Shown here in pieces: positions 62,662 through 64,000 of a stretch of DNA of 64,000 nucleotides. Location: contig CM059435.1 of the NCBI GenBank assembly GCA_030390025.1, positions 22,196,001 to 22,260,000 on the forward strand, written 5' to 3'. The notes under the pieces were generated by a model, which saw only the letters and a program-made list of their open reading frames with translations, was not told the origin of the DNA and searched no databases. Made by a program: the position numbers and the translations under genes. The stretch comes from Squalus acanthias (Eukaryota). Each line of letters starts with the position of its first letter. Position 1 is the stretch's first letter.

Positions 62662-64000
62662 GTAGTGAACTGTGCCACGTTCCGGGGCAAGGAGACAGCT
62701 CTATGTGTGCTAAAATAATCTCTGCAACTTTCGCTTTATCTGACAGCATAAGTGAAATTCCAGGAGATGTTTAGAAAAGGTATTCGGGTTTTATTGTCGT
62801 GGTCACTGTAGATTGCAAAAATACAAACTGTAGAGGGAAAGCAACCTATTGATTGATTTTTATCAAGAAAATCTGAGAGATCTAGGTTACAATGCTTAGG
62901 CGGTTGAGTCATTTCTGTAATGGCAGTGCATAGATATTCATACAACAGCAAGACTGTTTAGCTAGATTTTGACAAATGACAGTCTCTACTTCTTTTGGCA
63001 AACATATCCTCCCATCTCTGTGCTGCTTTCTTCCAACTCTCATTTGTGATCTATAGATGTATCTGGGGCAAGGGAGCTGGTTAGGACTTCAATCGCTATA
63101 TTTCCCCGCTCCACAAATATATTTAACTAAGAAGGAATAAATACTGACAACACACGTTTCAAATTGCACATTTGGAAACCTGGAGAGATTCCATTCACTG
63201 ATCATCTTCGATTTAGGTGCAACATGTTAATATGTATAAAGATTATTATAAACTAGCAGATCTCCTATGTCATTACTGTCAGTGAGTCAAAGAATATGGA
63301 GGAAGAAATTCGACTTGGGCAGGGAATATATGTCCTCTGAGTAGGTTAGGAGAGAGTGATAGAGGGTTATAAGCCCCGCTTGATAGTCAGTGGTGAGTAT
63401 AACAGGCGGCCGAGTCGATATCGCCTGTTTTGCACTATTGCTCAAGGCAAATTTCTACCCCATTCTGTTTTATAAGCTAAAGGTGTGTCCCTTTAAGGAA
63501 ACAGACTTGTAAGTGTTAACTAAACATGGGTGCAATCTTAGTTCAGTAGGGAGCTTGGCAGATGGGAAAGTACTTGCAGGCTCCAGGTCATTGATTAGCG
63601 CTTTCTCTAATTTTCAGAATTGTTTTGCATCTGTAACAAAGTATTTTGTCTGGTGGGTGATAAATTGATTGCAGTACTGAAATATATCCCCACATTACTT
63701 CTGCCTAAGAGCTTGGTACACAAGTAGGACCAGTCGTTCATTGCTGTCCCTGATGATGCACTCCATCAGTAAAAAAATATTTTTAAATGGAAATTACTAA
63801 ACTGGAAAAGAATAAATTAATATTTTCTATATTATAAAGAATGAAACAGTCAGCTGTGTGTTACAAAGCAGGCACGCCTCTTGTAGTTGAAATAGTGTAA
63901 AGAAACCACTTGAGCTTCACTTTCATAATTTACAACGTCAGAGCTATTTCACATGTTATTGCTTTGTGACACACTGCATGCTGTGTATTCTGTATATGTT
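62662..64000 (+). other. SOGA1 3' UTR (true end unknown); candidate AATAAA at 63136-63141 and 63811-63816
   Basis: Follows the stop codon. Two AATAAA hexamers are present but their usage cannot be determined from sequence. Confidence 0.55.
63298..63460. mobile_element. Short MITE in the 3' UTR
   Basis: Imperfect TIR ggaagaaattcgacttgggca / tgctcaaggcaaatttctacccc. Confidence 0.5.

Overview
Eukaryotic, AT-rich, repeat-dense vertebrate genomic DNA. The repeat families (DeuSINE/SacSINE1-like SINE, CR1, L2, Penelope, GC-rich MITEs) point to a cartilaginous fish, probably a shark (inference). The window holds one gene on the + strand: 13 coding exons (5627-62661) of a SOGA1/MTCL2 orthologue, a coiled-coil microtubule cross-linking factor. 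All introns are GT-AG with consistent phases, and the exons splice to 4500 nt (1499 aa plus stop). No 5' exon was identified, so it probably lies upstream, and the 3' UTR runs toward the window end. The introns are filled with SINEs, LINE 3' fragments, Penelope-like remnants carrying hammerhead-ribozyme cores, many MITEs and a fossil two-gene PIF/Harbinger transposon. I found no prokaryotic-type system (CRISPR etc.) and no clearly novel multi-gene system. The best leads are: a candidate unannotated 54-nt RBFOX-flanked cassette exon; a candidate intronic terminal exon with poly(A) signal; two independent TSD-flanked Penelope fold-back palindromes that turn at the hammerhead core; an unexplained 109-nt hairpin; an inverted duplication; and a locally duplicated MITE+LINE composite. 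Homology and family names come from recalled sequences, not database searches, and repeat boundaries are approximate.
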